DNA of 64,000 nucleotides from contig CM126211.1 in assembly GCA_052327205.1 (NCBI GenBank), forward strand, positions 8,246,001-8,310,000, in the 5' to 3' direction. Numbering within the stretch: the stretch's first letter is position 1; every line of letters begins with the position of its first letter. A program made the position numbers and the translations under genes. This DNA is from Somniosus microcephalus. Lineage: Eukaryota. Under the pieces are notes generated by a model that searched no databases, was not told where the DNA came from, and saw only the letters and a list, made by a program, of their open reading frames with translations. Below, one piece after another: positions 25,407 through 40,460 of the stretch.

Positions 25407-27187
25407 GGGCTGGATTTTGCCAGCGGAGGAGGGATCGCAGCGGGAGAGGTGGTTGGTGGGGTCCGGTCCCGCTCCCGGCTCCAGCCCGCTCTGTGAAAAG
25501 GATTTTCCGTTACTAGGACTTGTTAGGCCCGCCCTGCGGGGTTCCCAGCCAATTAAAAGGAAGCAGGTCTGATGACGTCAATTGATGACGCGTCATCAGC
25601 CAGTTTCCTTAAAGGGGCCATGTCCACATTCATTTTGACAGTTGTGGTGTCAGTGTTCTGCAGCATTGAGGTGCTGCAAACACTGACGAGCACTGCACAG
25701 AGCGGCACGGCTAAACCCAGGCTCTCCCATAACTCCCTCCGTATGTTTATGGAGGGAGTCACAGCACGCAGGGAGGTTCTCTTCCCTTCCCATGAGCAGA
25801 AGAGACCTCCCCAGGAGACCAACGCAGCCTGGTTGCACATTGCACAGGAGGACACAAGCAGGGATGTCGTCAGGAGGACCAGGCTGCAGTGGCGCAAACC
25901 TTTCAATGATCCCAGTAGACCACAAAACGTTACTGCCAAGCCACACTCAACCTCATCCTGCTGTGCCACTCATCACATCCCCATCACTCTGCCTTCCCTA
26001 CCCTACTCCTGCACATCCTTACTCACACCACTTACCTTGCACCTCCACCCATCCCTCTCTATCCACATTATCACTTCCCCATCTCACTAGCCACTCCTCA
26101 CACTCACCCTCATCCTAGTGCAAGCATACCAACTAACACACAAGGGTAGGCACTTGGGTGTTTTATGCAATGGTCATGTACATTTTCTGTTAATGTGTTG
26201 TCGAACATTTAAATCTTTATTTTCAACACTTTGCCTTATTGTACAGATCTGTGCTCACCTTTGGAAGTGTCTTAGTGAGTTGCAGTGAATGTTGAGACAT
26301 ACCAGTACCCCCCACAATGGTGATGAGTGTGTAAGGAATGGCTTGGGCATTATAGGGATGCTTTATGTTGCTGGTGTGGGGTGGTGTCAACCTGGCGCAT
26401 CATGTAGCAGCCAGGGTGTACAGCGTCAAGTGAAGTAAATCTGGCCATGGTGAGGCCTTCGCTGGCCTCCCAGGCAGCAATGTGCTCGGGTGCTGATGTC
26501 CTGTGTCCTGTACAGGTAATTGCAGAGAAGGTTGGTACTGTTGTTGGTGATGTTGGTGTGCCTGGTGATGTTGGTGTGCCTGGTGCTGTTGGTGTTGGGG
26601 CTGATCGTGGAGGGATTCAGAGGACCAAGGTGAGATTTTTTCAAGGGCACCGATGTTGCTGGAATAGATGGCAGCAGAAGTTGAGATGACAGAAGCGATC
26701 TGTCAATGATGAGAGAGCTTGCTCCAAGGAGGTGACAGTGGATAGAGAGTTTACTCCAAACACTTCCAAACTGCATAAAGCTCAAAAGTCTCTTTCAAGT
26801 CCTGAAGGCTCAAGCTTCTGACATTGGAAAGTGAACAGCTGTGAAATGGTAGCTTTTATACCACTTTTGCAGCTGTCAGCTATTCACAGCAAAGGGGAGA
26901 CATAGAGAACCCGACCTACTTACCTGACATGATCTCCGAATGAAGGGAACCCAGTTAAAAATGTGGTAAAATAGAAATAGGCTGGCAAAATAGTTGGTAA
27001 CAAGCACTTGAGTATCTTAAGTGCCTCCCCCGCCGCTTGGTGTCGGGTCTGTTCTGAAATCACAGACCCGACACTCTGGAAGCTTACATGGAGGCGGGTT
27101 CGGAGCGGGTTCCCAACCTGCTGTCAATCATTTCAATTTTGACAGTGGACCCACCTCCAAACTCACCCTCTGAGCAAAATCACGGCC
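25407..27187. mobile_element. PIF/Harbinger remnant: Myb/SANT exon (+, about 25700-25915) and transposase-like C-terminus (-, about 26425-26520)
   Basis: Imperfect TIR GGGCTGGATTTTGC / GCAAAATCACGGCC; 'KPRLSHNSLRMFMEGVTARREVLF...AWLHIA...RRTRLQWRKPFND' fits a Myb/SANT-like DNA-binding domain. Confidence 0.72.
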
Positions 27188-27485
27188 TCTGTTTTTTTTT
27201 AGTCATGTTGGTTGAGGGATTAATATTGGCCAGGACAGCAGGGATAACTCTTCTTCGAAATAGTGGCCATGGGATCTTTTAGGCCCATCTGAGAGGGCAG
27301 ACGGGTCCTCGGTTTAGCGTCTCATCCAAATGACTGCACCTTCAACAGTGTAGTACTCCCTCAGTACTGCCCCTCCGACAATCCGGCTCTCCCTCAGTAC
27401 TGCCCCTCCGACAGTGCGGCGCTCCCTCAGTACTGCCCCTCCGACAGTACGGCGCTCCCTCAGGATTGCCCCTCCGACAGTGCGG

Positions 27486-28800
27486 TGTCGAGCTTCTTGA
27501 GTGTTGTTGGAGCTGCACTCGTCCAGGCAAGTGGAGAGTATTCCCTCACACTCCTGACTTGTGCCTTGTAGATGGTGGAAAGACTTTGGGGAGTCAGGAG
27601 GTGAGACACTCGCAGCAGAATACCCAGCCTCTGACCTGTTCGTGTTACCACAGTATTTATGTGGCTGGTCCAGTTAAGTTTCTGGTCAATGGTGACCCCC
27701 AGGATGTTGATGGTGGGGGATTCAGCGATGGTAATGCCATTGAATGTCAAGGGGTGGTGACTGTCGCTTGTTGTAGATAGTCATTGCCTGGCACTTCTGT
27801 GGCGCGAATGTTACCTGCCACTTATCAGCCCAAGCCTGAATGTCGTCCAGGTCTTGCTGCATGCGGGCATGGACTGCTTCGTTATCTGAGGAGTTGCGAA
27901 TGGCACTGAACATTGTGCATTCATCAGCGATCATCCCCATCTCTGACCTTATGTTGGAGGGAAGATCATTGATGAAGCAGCTGAAGATGGTTGGGCCTAG
28001 GACACTGTCCTGAGGAACTCCTGCAGCGATGTCCTGGGGCTGTGATGATTGACCTTCAATCACCACAACCATCTTCCTTTGTGCTAGGTATGACTCCAGC
28101 CAGTGGAGAGTTTTCCCCCTTATTCCCATTGACTTCAGTTTTGCTAGGGCTCCTTGATGCCACACTCGGTCAAATGCTGCCTTGATGTCAAGGGCAGTCA
28201 CTCTCGCCTCACCTCTGGAATTCAGCTCCTTTGTCCATGTTTGGACCAAGGCTGTAATGAGGTCAGGAGCCGAGTCGTCTTGGCGGAACCCAAACTGGGC
28301 ATCAGTGAGCAGGTTATTGGGTGAGTAAGTGCCGCTTGATAGCATTGTCGATGACATCATCCATCACTTTGCTGATGATTGAGAGTAGACTGATTGGGTG
28401 GTAATTGGCCGGATTGGATTTGTCCTGCTTTTTGTGGACAGGACATACCTGGGCAGTTTTCCACATTGTCGGATAGATGCCAGTGTTGTAGCTGTACTGG
28501 AACAGCTTGGCTAGACATGCGGCTAGTTCTGGAGCACAAGTCTTCAACACGATAGCCGGGATGTTGTCAGGGCCCATAGCCTTTCCTGCATCCAGTGCGC
28601 TCAGCTGTTTCTTGATATCAATTGGAGTGAATCGAATTGGCTGAAGACTGGCTTCTGTGGTGGTGGGGACCTCAGGAGGAGGCCGATATGGATCATCCAC
28701 TCGGCACTTCTGACTGAAGATGTTGCAAATGCTTCAGCCTTGTCGTTTGCACTCACGTGCTGGGCGCCACCATCATTGAGGATGGGGATATTCATGGAGC
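27486..28800 (-). mobile_element. CR1/L2-superfamily LINE RT fragment (different family), frameshifted
   Basis: ORFs 28314..28700 (KAMGPDNIP, NYHPISLL) and 27722..28360 (QFGFR, LDIKAAFDRV, GVPQDSVLGP). Confidence 0.88.
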
Positions 28801-28861
28801 CTTATTGCTGGTGAATTTCTCATTGTCTAACGTTGGTACACTTTGGTGCGGTACAGTGAGG

Positions 28862-31800
28862 TGAGGCTACCTATATCGTGGTGCATATAGGTACCAACGA
28901 TATAGGTAAAAAGCGGGATGAGGTCCTAAAAGTGGAATATAGGGAGTTAGGAGGTAAATTAAAAAATAGGACCTCAAAGGTAGTAATCTCAGGATTGCTA
29001 CCAGTGCCACGTGCTAGTCAGAGTAGAAATAGAAGGATATTTCAGATGAATACGTGGCTAGAGGAATGGTGCAAGGGGGAGGGATTCAAATTCCTGGGAC
29101 ATTGGAACCGGTTCTGGGGGAGGTGGGACCAGTTCAAACCGGATGGTTTGCACCTGGGCAGGGTCGGGACCGATGTGCTTGGGGGAGTGTTTGCTAGTGC
29201 TCTGGGGGAGGGTTTAAACTAAAATGGCAGGGGGTTGGGAACCTGAGCAGGGGGACAGAGGAAAGGGAAACAAGGATAACAGCAAAAGATAGGAAAGAGA
29301 AAAACAAAAGTGGCAGTCAGAGAAATCAACGGTTTAAATCAAACATGACCACAGTAAATAATAATTCTAATAGGTCTAAGAGCGTTAAAAAAACAAGCCT
29401 GAAGGCCTTGTGTCTTAATGCGAGGAGCATTTGTAATAAGGTGGATGAATTAGCTGTGCAAATAGAGGTAAACGATTATGATTTGATTGTGATTACGGAA
29501 ACATGGCTCCAGGGTGGCCAAGGCTGGGAACTCAACATCCAGGGGTATTCAATATTCAGGAATGATAGGCATAAAGGAAAAGGAGGTGGGGTAGCATTGC
29601 TGGTTAAAGAAGGGATTAACACAATTGTAAGGAAGGATATTAGCTCTGATGATGTGGAATCTGTATGGGTAGAACTGAGAAATACCAAGGGGCAAAAAAC
29701 GTTAGTGGGGGTGGTATATAGACCTCCAAACAGTAATGCGGAGGTTGGGGATGGCATTAAAAGGGAAATTAGAGAAGCGTGCAATAAGGGCACAGCAGTC
29801 ATCATGGGTGACTTTAATCTACATAATCTACTAACCAAATTAGTAACAATACTGTGGAGGAGGAATTCCTGGAGTGTTTAAGGGATGGTTTCCTGGACCA
29901 ATATGTCGAGGAACCAACCAGAGATCAGGCCATCTTAGACTGGATATTATGTAACGAGAAAGGATTAATTAGCAATCTTGTTGTACGAGGCCCCTTGGGT
30001 CGGAGCGATCATAATATGATCGAATTCTTCATTAAGATGGAAAATGAAGTAGTCGACTCAGAAACTAGGGTCCTAAATTTAAATAAAGGAAACTACGATG
30101 GTCTGAGGTGCGAGTTCGGTAGGATTGATTGGGGAATGTCACTCAAAGGGTTGACGGTGGATAGGCAATGACAAACATTCAGAGACCGCATGGATGAACT
30201 ACAGAATTTGTTCATCCCAGTTTGGCATAAAAATAAAACAAAAAGGTGACTCAACCGTGGCTAACAAGGGAAATTAGGGATAGCATAAGATCCAAGGAGA
30301 GGACATATAAATTGGCCAGAAAAAGCAGTAAACCTGAGGATTGGGAGCAGTTCAGGATTCAACAAAGGAGGACAAAGGGATTAATTAAGAAAGGGAAAAT
30401 AGAATATGAGAATAAGCTTTCAGGGAACATAAAAATTGACTGTAAAAGCTTTTATAGATATGTGAAGAGAAAAAGATTGGTGAAGTCAAGCGTAGGTCCC
30501 TTGCAGTCAGAATCAGGGGAATTTATAATGGGGAACAAAGAAATGGCAGACCAATTAAATACATGTTTTGGTTCTGTCTTCACAAATAACCTCCCAGAGA
30601 TGTCGGCGAACATAGGGTCTGATGAAAGGGAGGAACTGAAAGAAATCAGTATTTGTAGGGAAATGGTGTTAGGGAAATTGATGGGATTGAAGGCCGATAA
30701 GTCCCCAGGGCCTGATAATCTACATCCTAGGGTACTTAGGGAGGTGGCCCTGGAAACAGTTGATGCTTTGCTGATCATCTTCCGGTATTCGATAGAATCT
30801 GGAACAGTACCCATGGATTGGAGGGTAGCTAATGTTACCCCACTATTCAAAAAAGGTGGTAGAGAGAAAACGGGGAATTACAGACTGGTAAGCCTGACTT
30901 CGGTAGTGTGGAAAATGCTAGAGTCCATTTATAAAAGATGTAATAGCAGAGCACTTGGAAAACAGTGACAGGATTGGACAAAGTCAACATGGATTTACAA
31001 AAGGTAAATTGTGCTTGATTAATCTACTGGAATTTTTTGAGGATGTAACTGGTAAAATAGATAAGGGAGAACCAGTAGATGTGGTGTATTTGGACTTTCA
31101 GAAGGCTTTCGATAAGGTCCCGCATAAGAGATTAGCGTGTTAAGTTAAGGCACATGGGATTGGGGGCAAGGTATTGACTTGGATAGAGAACTGGTTGGCA
31201 GACAGAAAGCAAAGAGTTGGAATAAACGGGTCTTTTTCCGAGTGGCAGGCAGTGACTAGTGGGGTACCGCAAGGATCGGTCCTTGGGCCCCAGCTATTCA
31301 CAATATATATTAATGATCTAGACAAGGGAACTAGATGTAATATCTCCAAATTTGCAGACGACACAAAGCTGGGTGGGCGTGTGTGCTGTGAGGAGGATGC
31401 CGAGAAACTCCAGGATGATTTGGACAGGTTGGGTGATTGGGCAAAAGCATGGCCGATGCAATATAACGTGGATAAATGTGAGGTTATCCACTTTGGTGGC
31501 AAAAACAAGAAGGCAGATTATTATCTGAATGTCAATAGATTGGGAAAAGGGGAAGTGCAACGAGACCTGGGTGTCCTTGTGCACCAGTCGCTGAAGGTAA
31601 GCATGCAGGTGCAGCAGGCGGTTAAGAAGGCAAATGGCATGTTGGCCTTCGTAGCGAGAGGGTTTGAGTACAGGAACAAGGATGTCTTGCTGCAGTTATG
31701 CAGGGCCTTGGTGAGACCACATCTTGAGTATTGTGTGCAGTTTTGGTCGCCTTATCTGAGGAAGGATGTTCTTGCCATGGAAGGAGTTCAGCGAAGATTC

Positions 31801-32272
31801 ACCAGACTGATACCTGGGATGGCAGAAATGACGTATGAGGAGAGATTGAGCCGATTGGGCTTGTACTCGCTGGAGTTTAGAAGAATGAGAGGGGATCTCA
31901 TTGAAACTTATAAAATTCTGACAGGACTGGACAGACTAGATGCAGGAAGGATGATCCCGATGGTCGGGGAGTCCAGAACCTGGGGTCACAGTCTAAGGAT
32001 AAGGGGTAGGCCATTTAGGACAGAAATGAGGAGGAATTTCTTCACCCAGAGAGTGGTGAACCTGTGGAATTCTCTACCACAGAAGGCAGTAGAGGCCAAT
32101 ACATTAAATATATTCAAGAAGGAGTTGGATATATTTCTAAGGCTAAAGAGATATGGGGAGAAAGCAGGGACCGGGTACTGAATTTGGATGATCAGCCATG
32201 ATCTCATTGAATGGCGGAGCAGGCTCAAGGGGCCGAATGGCCTACTCCTGCTCCTATCTTCTATGTTTCTAT
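28862..32272 (+). mobile_element. Near full-length CR1 (HER1-like) LINE, degenerate: ORF1 SGNH-esterase part and ORF2 APE-RT
   Basis: ORF1 'HIGTNDIG...DGLHL'; ORF2 'LNARSI...ITETW', 'GRSDH', 'KSPGPD', 'SGVPQGSVLGP...KFADD' broken by stops and frameshifts; CTATGTTT-type tail. Confidence 0.93.
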
Positions 32273-32503
32273 GAATCGGTTACGCTGCCTGATTGTGCTG
32301 ATTCACGGGAGATTTCACCTCCAGGCTTTTGCTAACCAGATTGCGCGGAAACTCGGCCAAGCGGGCAGATTCTGGGCGCAATTTACGGATTGCGCCCCTA
32401 GTGGAGACTCCAGGTTACCGTCTTTTGTTCTTCCAGGGGTTGTAAGAATCAAATATCACGACCACAGCCCAGTGTGCCAGTGGATTCACTTTCTGACTCG
32501 CCT

Positions 32504-32800
32504 GTGGCATAGTGGTTAGCACGGTTGCCTCACAGCGCCAGGGACCCGGGTTCAAATCTGGCCTCGGGCGACTGTCTGTGTGGAGTTTGCACATTCTCCC
32601 TGTGTCTGCGTGGGTTTCCTCCGGGTGCTCCGGTTTCCTCCCACAGTCCAAAGATGTGCAGGTTAGGTTGATTTGGCTATGATAAATTGACCCTTAGTGT
32701 TAGGGGATTAAATACGTGGGGTTACGGGGATCGGGTGGGATATGTGTTGGTGCAGGCTCGATGGGCCGAAATGGCCTCTATCTGCACTGGTGATTCTGTG
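32504..32800 (+). mobile_element. HE1-type V-SINE, near-identical to 4229-4532
   Basis: Direct sequence match; ends 41 bp upstream of the NALCN exon at 32842. Confidence 0.88.
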
Positions 32801-32817
32801 ATATTTTACTTGCCTGA

Positions 32818-33177
<360 letters not shown>

Positions 33178-35159
33178 TAGGGACAGATGACCAAAAGCTT
33201 GGTCAAAGAGGTGGGTTTTAAGGAGCGTCTTAAAGGAGGAGAGAGAGAGGTGGAGAGGTTTAGGGAGGGAATTCCAGAGCTCAGGGCCCAGGCAGCTGAA
33301 GGCACGGCCGCCAATGGTGGAGCGATGAAAATCGGGGGATGCGCAAGAGGCCAGAATTGGAGGAGCGCAGAGATCTTGGAGGGTTGTAGGGCTGGAGGAG
33401 GTAACAGAGATAGGGAGGGGCGAGGCCATGGAGGGGTTTGAAAAGAAGGACAAGTGTCCTTATTGGTCTGTGGTCTGCAAGTTGTGTAAAAACTTCAGAA
33501 CATGGATTGCTGCATTTGCTGGGTTTCCCAGTCTTGATGAACCCACCAAGACATCATTGCCACACTGCCGCTTATCCGTAAAAATAGACAGACGTATTCG
33601 AATTAAGGAGAATCTGTAAGTCCAGTCAGTCACCCTCCCCAGACCCGGAACCAACACAGCTGAAGGCACCCTGTGATCAACTGAGTGAAATGGAGGTCCC
33701 AACACCCTACTGCCCCTCTAAGCCTCCCCATGGAAATTTTGCCCACAGCTATCCAATGTGTCCTTGATTCACCTTCCTGCCCACCATGGAAAGTCAACCA
33801 TCCCTTCCAAAGCTTACTGCCATCCAGATCTATAGAATCATAGAATGGTTACAGCACAGAAGGAGGCCATTCGGCCCGTTGAGCCCGTGCCGGCTCTCTG
33901 CAAGAGCACTTCAGCTAGTCCCACTCCCCCACCCTTCCCCCGTAGCCCTGCAAATTTTTTCCTTCAGATACTTATCCAATTCCCTTTTGAAAGCCATGAT
34001 TGAATCTGCCTCCACCACCCTTTCAGGCAGCGCATTCCAGATCACAACCACTCGCTGCACAAAGAAGTTTTTTTCCTCATGTTGCCTTTGATTCTTCTGT
34101 GTCCTCTGGTTCTCAATCCTTCCGCCAATGGGAACAGTTTCTCTCTCTCTACTCTGCCTAGACTCCTCATGATTTTGAACACCTCTATCAAATCTCCTCT
34201 CAACCTTCTCTGCTCCAAGGAGAATAGCCCCAGCTTCTCTAGTCTATCCATGTAACTGAAGCCCCTCATCCCTGGAACCATTCTCGTAAATCTTTTCCGC
34301 ACCCTCTCTGAGGCCTTCACATCCTCCCTAAAGAACTGTGAATGATCCTCAGTGTATGCATCGGCAAGAACCATTTAGTCTGTTATGTACCACGGCCAAT
34401 GCCATTTTTTTTTAAATTTGCTCCTGGGATGTGGGTGACACTGACGAGCTAATATTTATTGCCTGTCCCTAGCTACCCCGAGGGCATTAGGAATTACGGT
34501 GTTCAAGTTTCCACTTTGGGCGCAATCGGGAAATTGCATCCAAAATGCGCTTGGAATTGCACTGGTTAAGTCAGGCTTCAGATTTCCGCTAAAAAGGCTG
34601 GGGTTGTTTTCTTTGGAACAGAGGAGGCTGAGGGGAGATTTAATTGCGGGTTATAAAATTATGAGGGGCCGGATAGAGTGGATAGGAAGGACCTATTTCC
34701 CTTAGCAGAGAGGTCAATGACCAGGGAGCATAGATTTAAAGTAACTGGTAGAAGGATTAGAGGGGAGTTGAGGAGAATTTTTTTCACCCAGAGGGTGGTG
34801 GGGGTCTGGAACTCACTGCCTGAAAGGGTGGTAGAGGCAGAAACACTCATCACATTTAAAAAGTACTTGGATATGCACTTGAAGTGCTGTAACCTACAGG
34901 GCTACGGACCGAGAGCTGGAAAGTGGGATTAGGCTGGAGAGCTCTCTGTCGGCCGACACAGACACGTTGGGCCGAATGGCCTCCTTCTGTGCCGTAAACT
35001 TCTATGATAAAATTAATTTGCATAATCACAAACGTAAAATCTCTCATGAACCAGCCCAACGGGCAGCGTCATAGAAGGTAATCGTTCCTTTTTTCTTTCC
35101 GTTAACAAGTATTCCCTGATGTGTTTAAGAGCGGTAACATGACACAGTTTGATTAACAC

Positions 35160-35500
35160 AAAAGCCAAATACTGCGGATGCTGGAATTCTGAAACAAAAA
35201 CAGACAATGCTGGAAACACTCAGCGGGTCAGGCAGCGTCTGCGGAGAGAGAAACAGAGTCGACGTTTCGGGTCGATGACCCTTCGTCAGAACTGGAAGAG
35301 ATTTAACAGCTTATGAGCGAGTACAGAGGCAGGGAAAGGAGGGAGGGGAGGAAAGAACAAAAGGGAAGGTCTGTGATAGGATGGAGGGCAGGAGAGATTA
35401 AATGACAAAAGGGATGCTGGTGCGAGGCAAAAGGAGATGGTAACGGGACAAGTAAAGAGACAAAGGATGGGTCTAAAGGAGGTGCAAATGTCAACAGCAG
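35160..35500 (-). mobile_element. Penelope terminal-repeat fragment
   Basis: Matches 37490-37620 (AAATACTGCGGATGCTGGAA...GACGTTTCGGGTC). Confidence 0.8.
35256..35295 (-). ncRNA. Minimal hammerhead ribozyme motif (Penelope type)
   Basis: Minus strand CAGTT-CTGACGA-A-GGGTC-ATC-GACCC-GAAA-CGTC-GACT: intact CUGANGA/GAAA core, 5-bp stem II, palindromic stem III. Confidence 0.65.
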
Positions 35501-35711
35501 AATCATCACCAGCAATACTATCATTCTGCTTTTAGTAGTTAATCGCTGTTAATTTAGTATCATGACCACTGGGCCAGCATTCCCACATTGCATAATTCAG
35601 TATAAAGTTTGATTTATGGTGGCACACACAGTCATTACCAGGGAAAGTGCGTCTGCCCGCTGATTACTCTCCCTGTTGATTATGATATAGTGATTGCTCG
35701 CTTGGCTATAA

Positions 35712-35912
<201 letters not shown>

Positions 35913-37489
35913 TGAACAACATTGCAAAAATAACCAAAAAAGGTCATTTCACAAGGGAAAAAAAAATCCCAAGTCCTCCCACAGGGACAGCTGGCTCTAG
36001 AGTTGGCATTTCGCGACACGGTGCTGCAGCAGTGGTAGAATACGACGCCCCAGTCAGTGACCTCGGATTTGCGGACAGGGGCTTCCCACGGGGGCCAATG
36101 CCTCCGATTCGCAAATAAAATGCCTGCGCCTACCTGGTGGTTTCGGGAGGTACGGAGACTCGCGGTCCTGGGGCCTCCCCGGGTACCCGCGGGTAGGAGT
36201 CCGGGTACCCGCGGGTAGGAGTCCACGTACCCCAGGGAGCGCAGGCGGATCGCGAGCGCCCCTGGGATCACGTGGACCGGTCCCACGAATGACGGATGGG
36301 AATCCCCATTCATGCTTATGAAAAGAAAGACTTGCATTTCTATAGCGCCTTTCACGACCACCAGATGTTTCAAAGCGCTTTACAACCAATGAAGTACTTT
36401 TGAAGCGTAGTCACTGTTGCAATGTAGGAAACGCGGCAGCCAATTTGCGCACAGCAAGCTGCCACACACAGCAATGTGATAATGACCAGATCATCTGTTT
36501 TAGTGATGTTGGTTGAGGGATAAACATTGGCCCCAGGACACCGGGGAGAACTCCCCTGCTCTTCTTCGAAATAGTGCCATTCCTTATGTACGGAAACCCC
36601 ATAAGCATGAATAGGAATACCCCCAAAAATACACCTAGACATCAAATAATTTTATTTTTAAATCGCATATTAATTAAAATGGCATTTAACTAAATATTTA
36701 AAACAAAAATTAAATTTATTTTGAAAAATAAATTTACATATTTTAAAGGGGCTAAAAATAAACTTAGCTTATTTCACAGGTTTTTAAATGTATAAATTAT
36801 TGATAAACTGTTATTTTTCTGTATTTTTAAAACTCTTACACTTGCCAAGGCAGGCCTTGCTCCTGCTGTTACGAGGCATAAGAATTTCACGGGCATTCGC
36901 TGGGCAAAAGCCCAACTCTCCGCCCGCGGAGGCCCTTTTCCCGAGGATGCGGAAAATTCTTGACCGATCGCGAGTTCCGGGTTTTAGCGTACGCCTGAAC
37001 CCGGAGCTTGCGCGGCCCCTCATGGGCGCGTGCGCACCTCGTACACACCCGTAGGGGGCCGCAAATTAGGGCCCATTACTTCCATGGTGAATGGTGAATC
37101 CGAGTGGTTCCATTGAGCAAATGGTGACAGTTGGAAACAATGGTTTGTTCTCCGAACACACGGCATCATGGGGCAGAGAAAGACCAGCTGGTCCATCGAG
37201 CCGGCCCCACAGCTCGATGGTCACAGCCTCGTGACTGGACACTTCCGTCCCACCACCATGTGATGGCCTGGGAGAGGCGAGAAACCCAGGTCCAATAAGG
37301 GAAAACTTCCTCGCCAACCCCCTCGAAACCAGTCCAGGAGATCTCACGGACCAAGTGTTAGCATAAATCCACTTGCCTTCCATATGATGTGATCTCCGCC
37401 CCAGTCAGGGACCAGTCTAGATCCAGAGGCTCGCCACTTCCTGGCAAATGAAGAACCACCCAACATCCAGACTCTTCCTACTCTTACGA

Positions 37490-38459
37490 TAGCAAAATAC
37501 TGCAGATGTTGGAAATCCGAAATAACAACAGAAAATGCTGGAAAAACTCAGCAAGTCAGGCAACATCCGTGGAGAGAAATTTGAGTTGACGTTTCGGGTT
37601 TGACCCTTCTTCAAAACTGGAGAGAAAAGGAACTAGATCGAAGGCAGGGCTGCGATCGGACAAAAGAATAAAAGAACCAAAAGAAGTAAAAGAGATTAGA
37701 AGCTAGACGAGATGGTAATAGGCTGTGATTAGGTGTAAAGTGTACTGACAGGGCAAAAGATAGCTGCCAGGTGTGAGAGAGAAACAAAAGGAAAGGGGGG
37801 GGGGGGAAAGGAAAGGAGTGGAAAAATATAAGTGAAAATGAAATAGGGGCCGAGGTTATGATCTGAAATTGTTGAACTCGATATTGAGACCGGAAGGCTG
37901 CAGAGTGCCTAATCGGAAGATGAGGTGCTGTTCCTCGAGTTTACGTTGAGCTTCCGTGGAACAATACAAGAGGCCAAGGACGGTGAGGTCCGAGTGGGAA
38001 TGGAGCGGTGAATTGAAATGACAGGCGACCGGAAGCTCGGGGTCACCCTTACGGACTGAAAGGAGGTGTTCCGCAAAGCGGTCACCCAATCTGCGTTTGG
38101 TCTCCCCAATGTAGAGGAGACCGCATCGTGAGCAGCGAATACAGTATACTAGATTGCGAGAAGTACAAGTAAATCGCTGTTTCACCTGGAAGGGGTGTTT
38201 GGGGCCCTGGACAGTGGGGAGGGGGGAGGTATAGGGGCAGGTGTTACATCTCCTCCGCTTGCACGGGAAGGTGCCAGGCGAAGGGGAAGGGCTGTTTGGG
38301 GTGATAGAGGAGTGGACTAGGGTGTCTCGGAGAGAGCGGTCCCTGCGGAATGCTGAAAGGGGAGGGGAGGGGAAGATACGTTTGGTGGTGGGATCACTTT
38401 GGAGGTAGCGGAAATGCCGGAGGATGATCCGTTGAATGTGGAGGCTGGTGGGGTGAAAC
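37490..38459 (-). mobile_element. Penelope-like element 3' part: GIY-YIG endonuclease and terminal repeat
   Basis: ORF 37856..38185 'LVYCIRCSRCGLLYIGETKRRLGDRFAEH...GLN'; upstream linker 'FHPTSLHIQRIILRHF'. Confidence 0.92.
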
Positions 38460-39612
38460 TCTTACACCGTTTAAATTATCTCGCAGGAAAGGAGAGAGGG
38501 AGGGATATTCGGATGCTCGCACAGGAGCAAAATTGACATGGGTCTGCAAACTGGTTACCCGACAACCTTCTCGACTGAATAATGGTGTTGTGGTGTGGAC
38601 AGAGACCGAGAAAAAACCTGAAGCGTGGTGTTGGACTTTCCCCATCTCTACTCCGTCTGGGCACAGGTCAGGCAGAGCGGGTTCAAAGTGCACACAGGTC
38701 AGGCAGAGCGGGTTCAAAGTGCACTCTGCCTGACGACCTGAAACCGCCTGGATTCGGGTCGCGAACCTTGGCCCCAACACTCCCCCGAATAGAGGGGGTA
38801 AAAATACAGGCCGAGGGTTTGACGGCCACTTGCTTCGGGGCTTCTGGCTGCTGTGTAATAACAGCGGTCCCTAATCATACAATCCTACAGCACAGAATGA
38901 GGCCATTCGGCCCATCGTGCCTGTGCCGGCTCTTTGAAAGAGCTCTCCAATTAGTCCCACTTCCCCCTGCTCTTTCCTCATAGCCCTGTGAATTTCTCCT
39001 TCTCAAATATTTCTCCAATTCCCTTTTGAAAGTTACTATTGAATTTCCTTCCACCGCCCTTTCAGGCAGCGCATTCCAGATCACAACAACTCGCTGTGTT
39101 TTTAAAAAAAAAAAAAAAAAAAAAAAATCCTCATCTCCCCTCTGGTTCTTTTGCCAATTACCTTCAATCTGTGTCCTCTGGTTACCGACCCTCCTGCCAC
39201 TGGAAACAGTTTCTCCTTATTTACTCTCTCAAAACCCCTCATAATTTTGAACACCTCGATTAAATTTCCCTTTTAACCTTCTCTGCTCTAAGAAGAACAT
39301 CCCCAGCTTCTCCAGTCTCTCCACATAACTGAAGTCCCTCATCCCTGGAACCGTTCCAGTAAATCTCCTCTACACCCTCTCCAAGGCCTTGACATCCTTC
39401 CTAAAGAAGGCTATGCTGATAGGGTGAGATGGAGAGGGGTGGGAGGAGGCTGGTGTGGAGCATAAACACCGGCACGGAGCAGATGAGTCAAACGGCCTGT
39501 TCCTGTGGTGTAAAATTCTGTCATTCTGTGTTTATTAGGAGTTACTTGCATTACGTTTAGCAATTATTCTAAAAAGTCCGCTGCACTGGCTCACGGACTT
39601 GATTGAAGATAA

Positions 39613-39840
<228 letters not shown>

Positions 39841-39919
39841 AAGGTAGAAAGGTGGAGGACACTCGGAAGGTGGTAGGTTGATGGTGTGACTGCTTTCCTA
39901 GTTAATAATAAGTTTCTGT

Positions 39920-40457
39920 CCATGGTCTCTAAATTGTCAGACTGCTTGTCCGACATCCAGTTCTGGATGAGCAGAAATTTTCTCCAATTAAATATTGGGA
40001 AGACCGAAGCCATTGTTTTCGGTCTCCGCCACAAACTCCGTTCCCGAGCCACTGACTCCATCCCTCTCCCCAACATCTGTCTGAGGCTGAACCACACTGT
40101 TCGCAACCTTGGTCTCATATTTGACCCTGAAACGAGCTTCCGACCACATATCCGCAGCATAACTACGACTGCCTACTCCCACCTCCGTAACATCACCCGT
40201 CTCCACACCTGCCTCAGCTCATCCGCTGCTGAAACCCTCATCCATGCCTTTGTTACCTCTAGACTTGACTATTCCAACACACTCCTGGCTGGCCTCCCAC
40301 ATTCCACCCTACGTAAACTTGAGGTCATCCAAAACTCAGCTGTCCGTGTCCTAACTCGCACCAAGTCCCGTTCGCCCATCACCCCTGTGCTCGCTGACCG
40401 ACATTGGCTCCCGGTTAAGCAACGCCTCGATGTCAAAATTCTCATCCTTATTTTCAG
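39920..40457 (+). mobile_element. L2 LINE ORF2 fragment immediately after the NALCN stop
   Basis: ORF 39886..40473 'LSDIQFWMSRNFLQLNIGKTE...HAFVTSRLDYSN', a typical L2 RT C-terminus. Confidence 0.88.
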
Positions 40458-40460
40458 ATC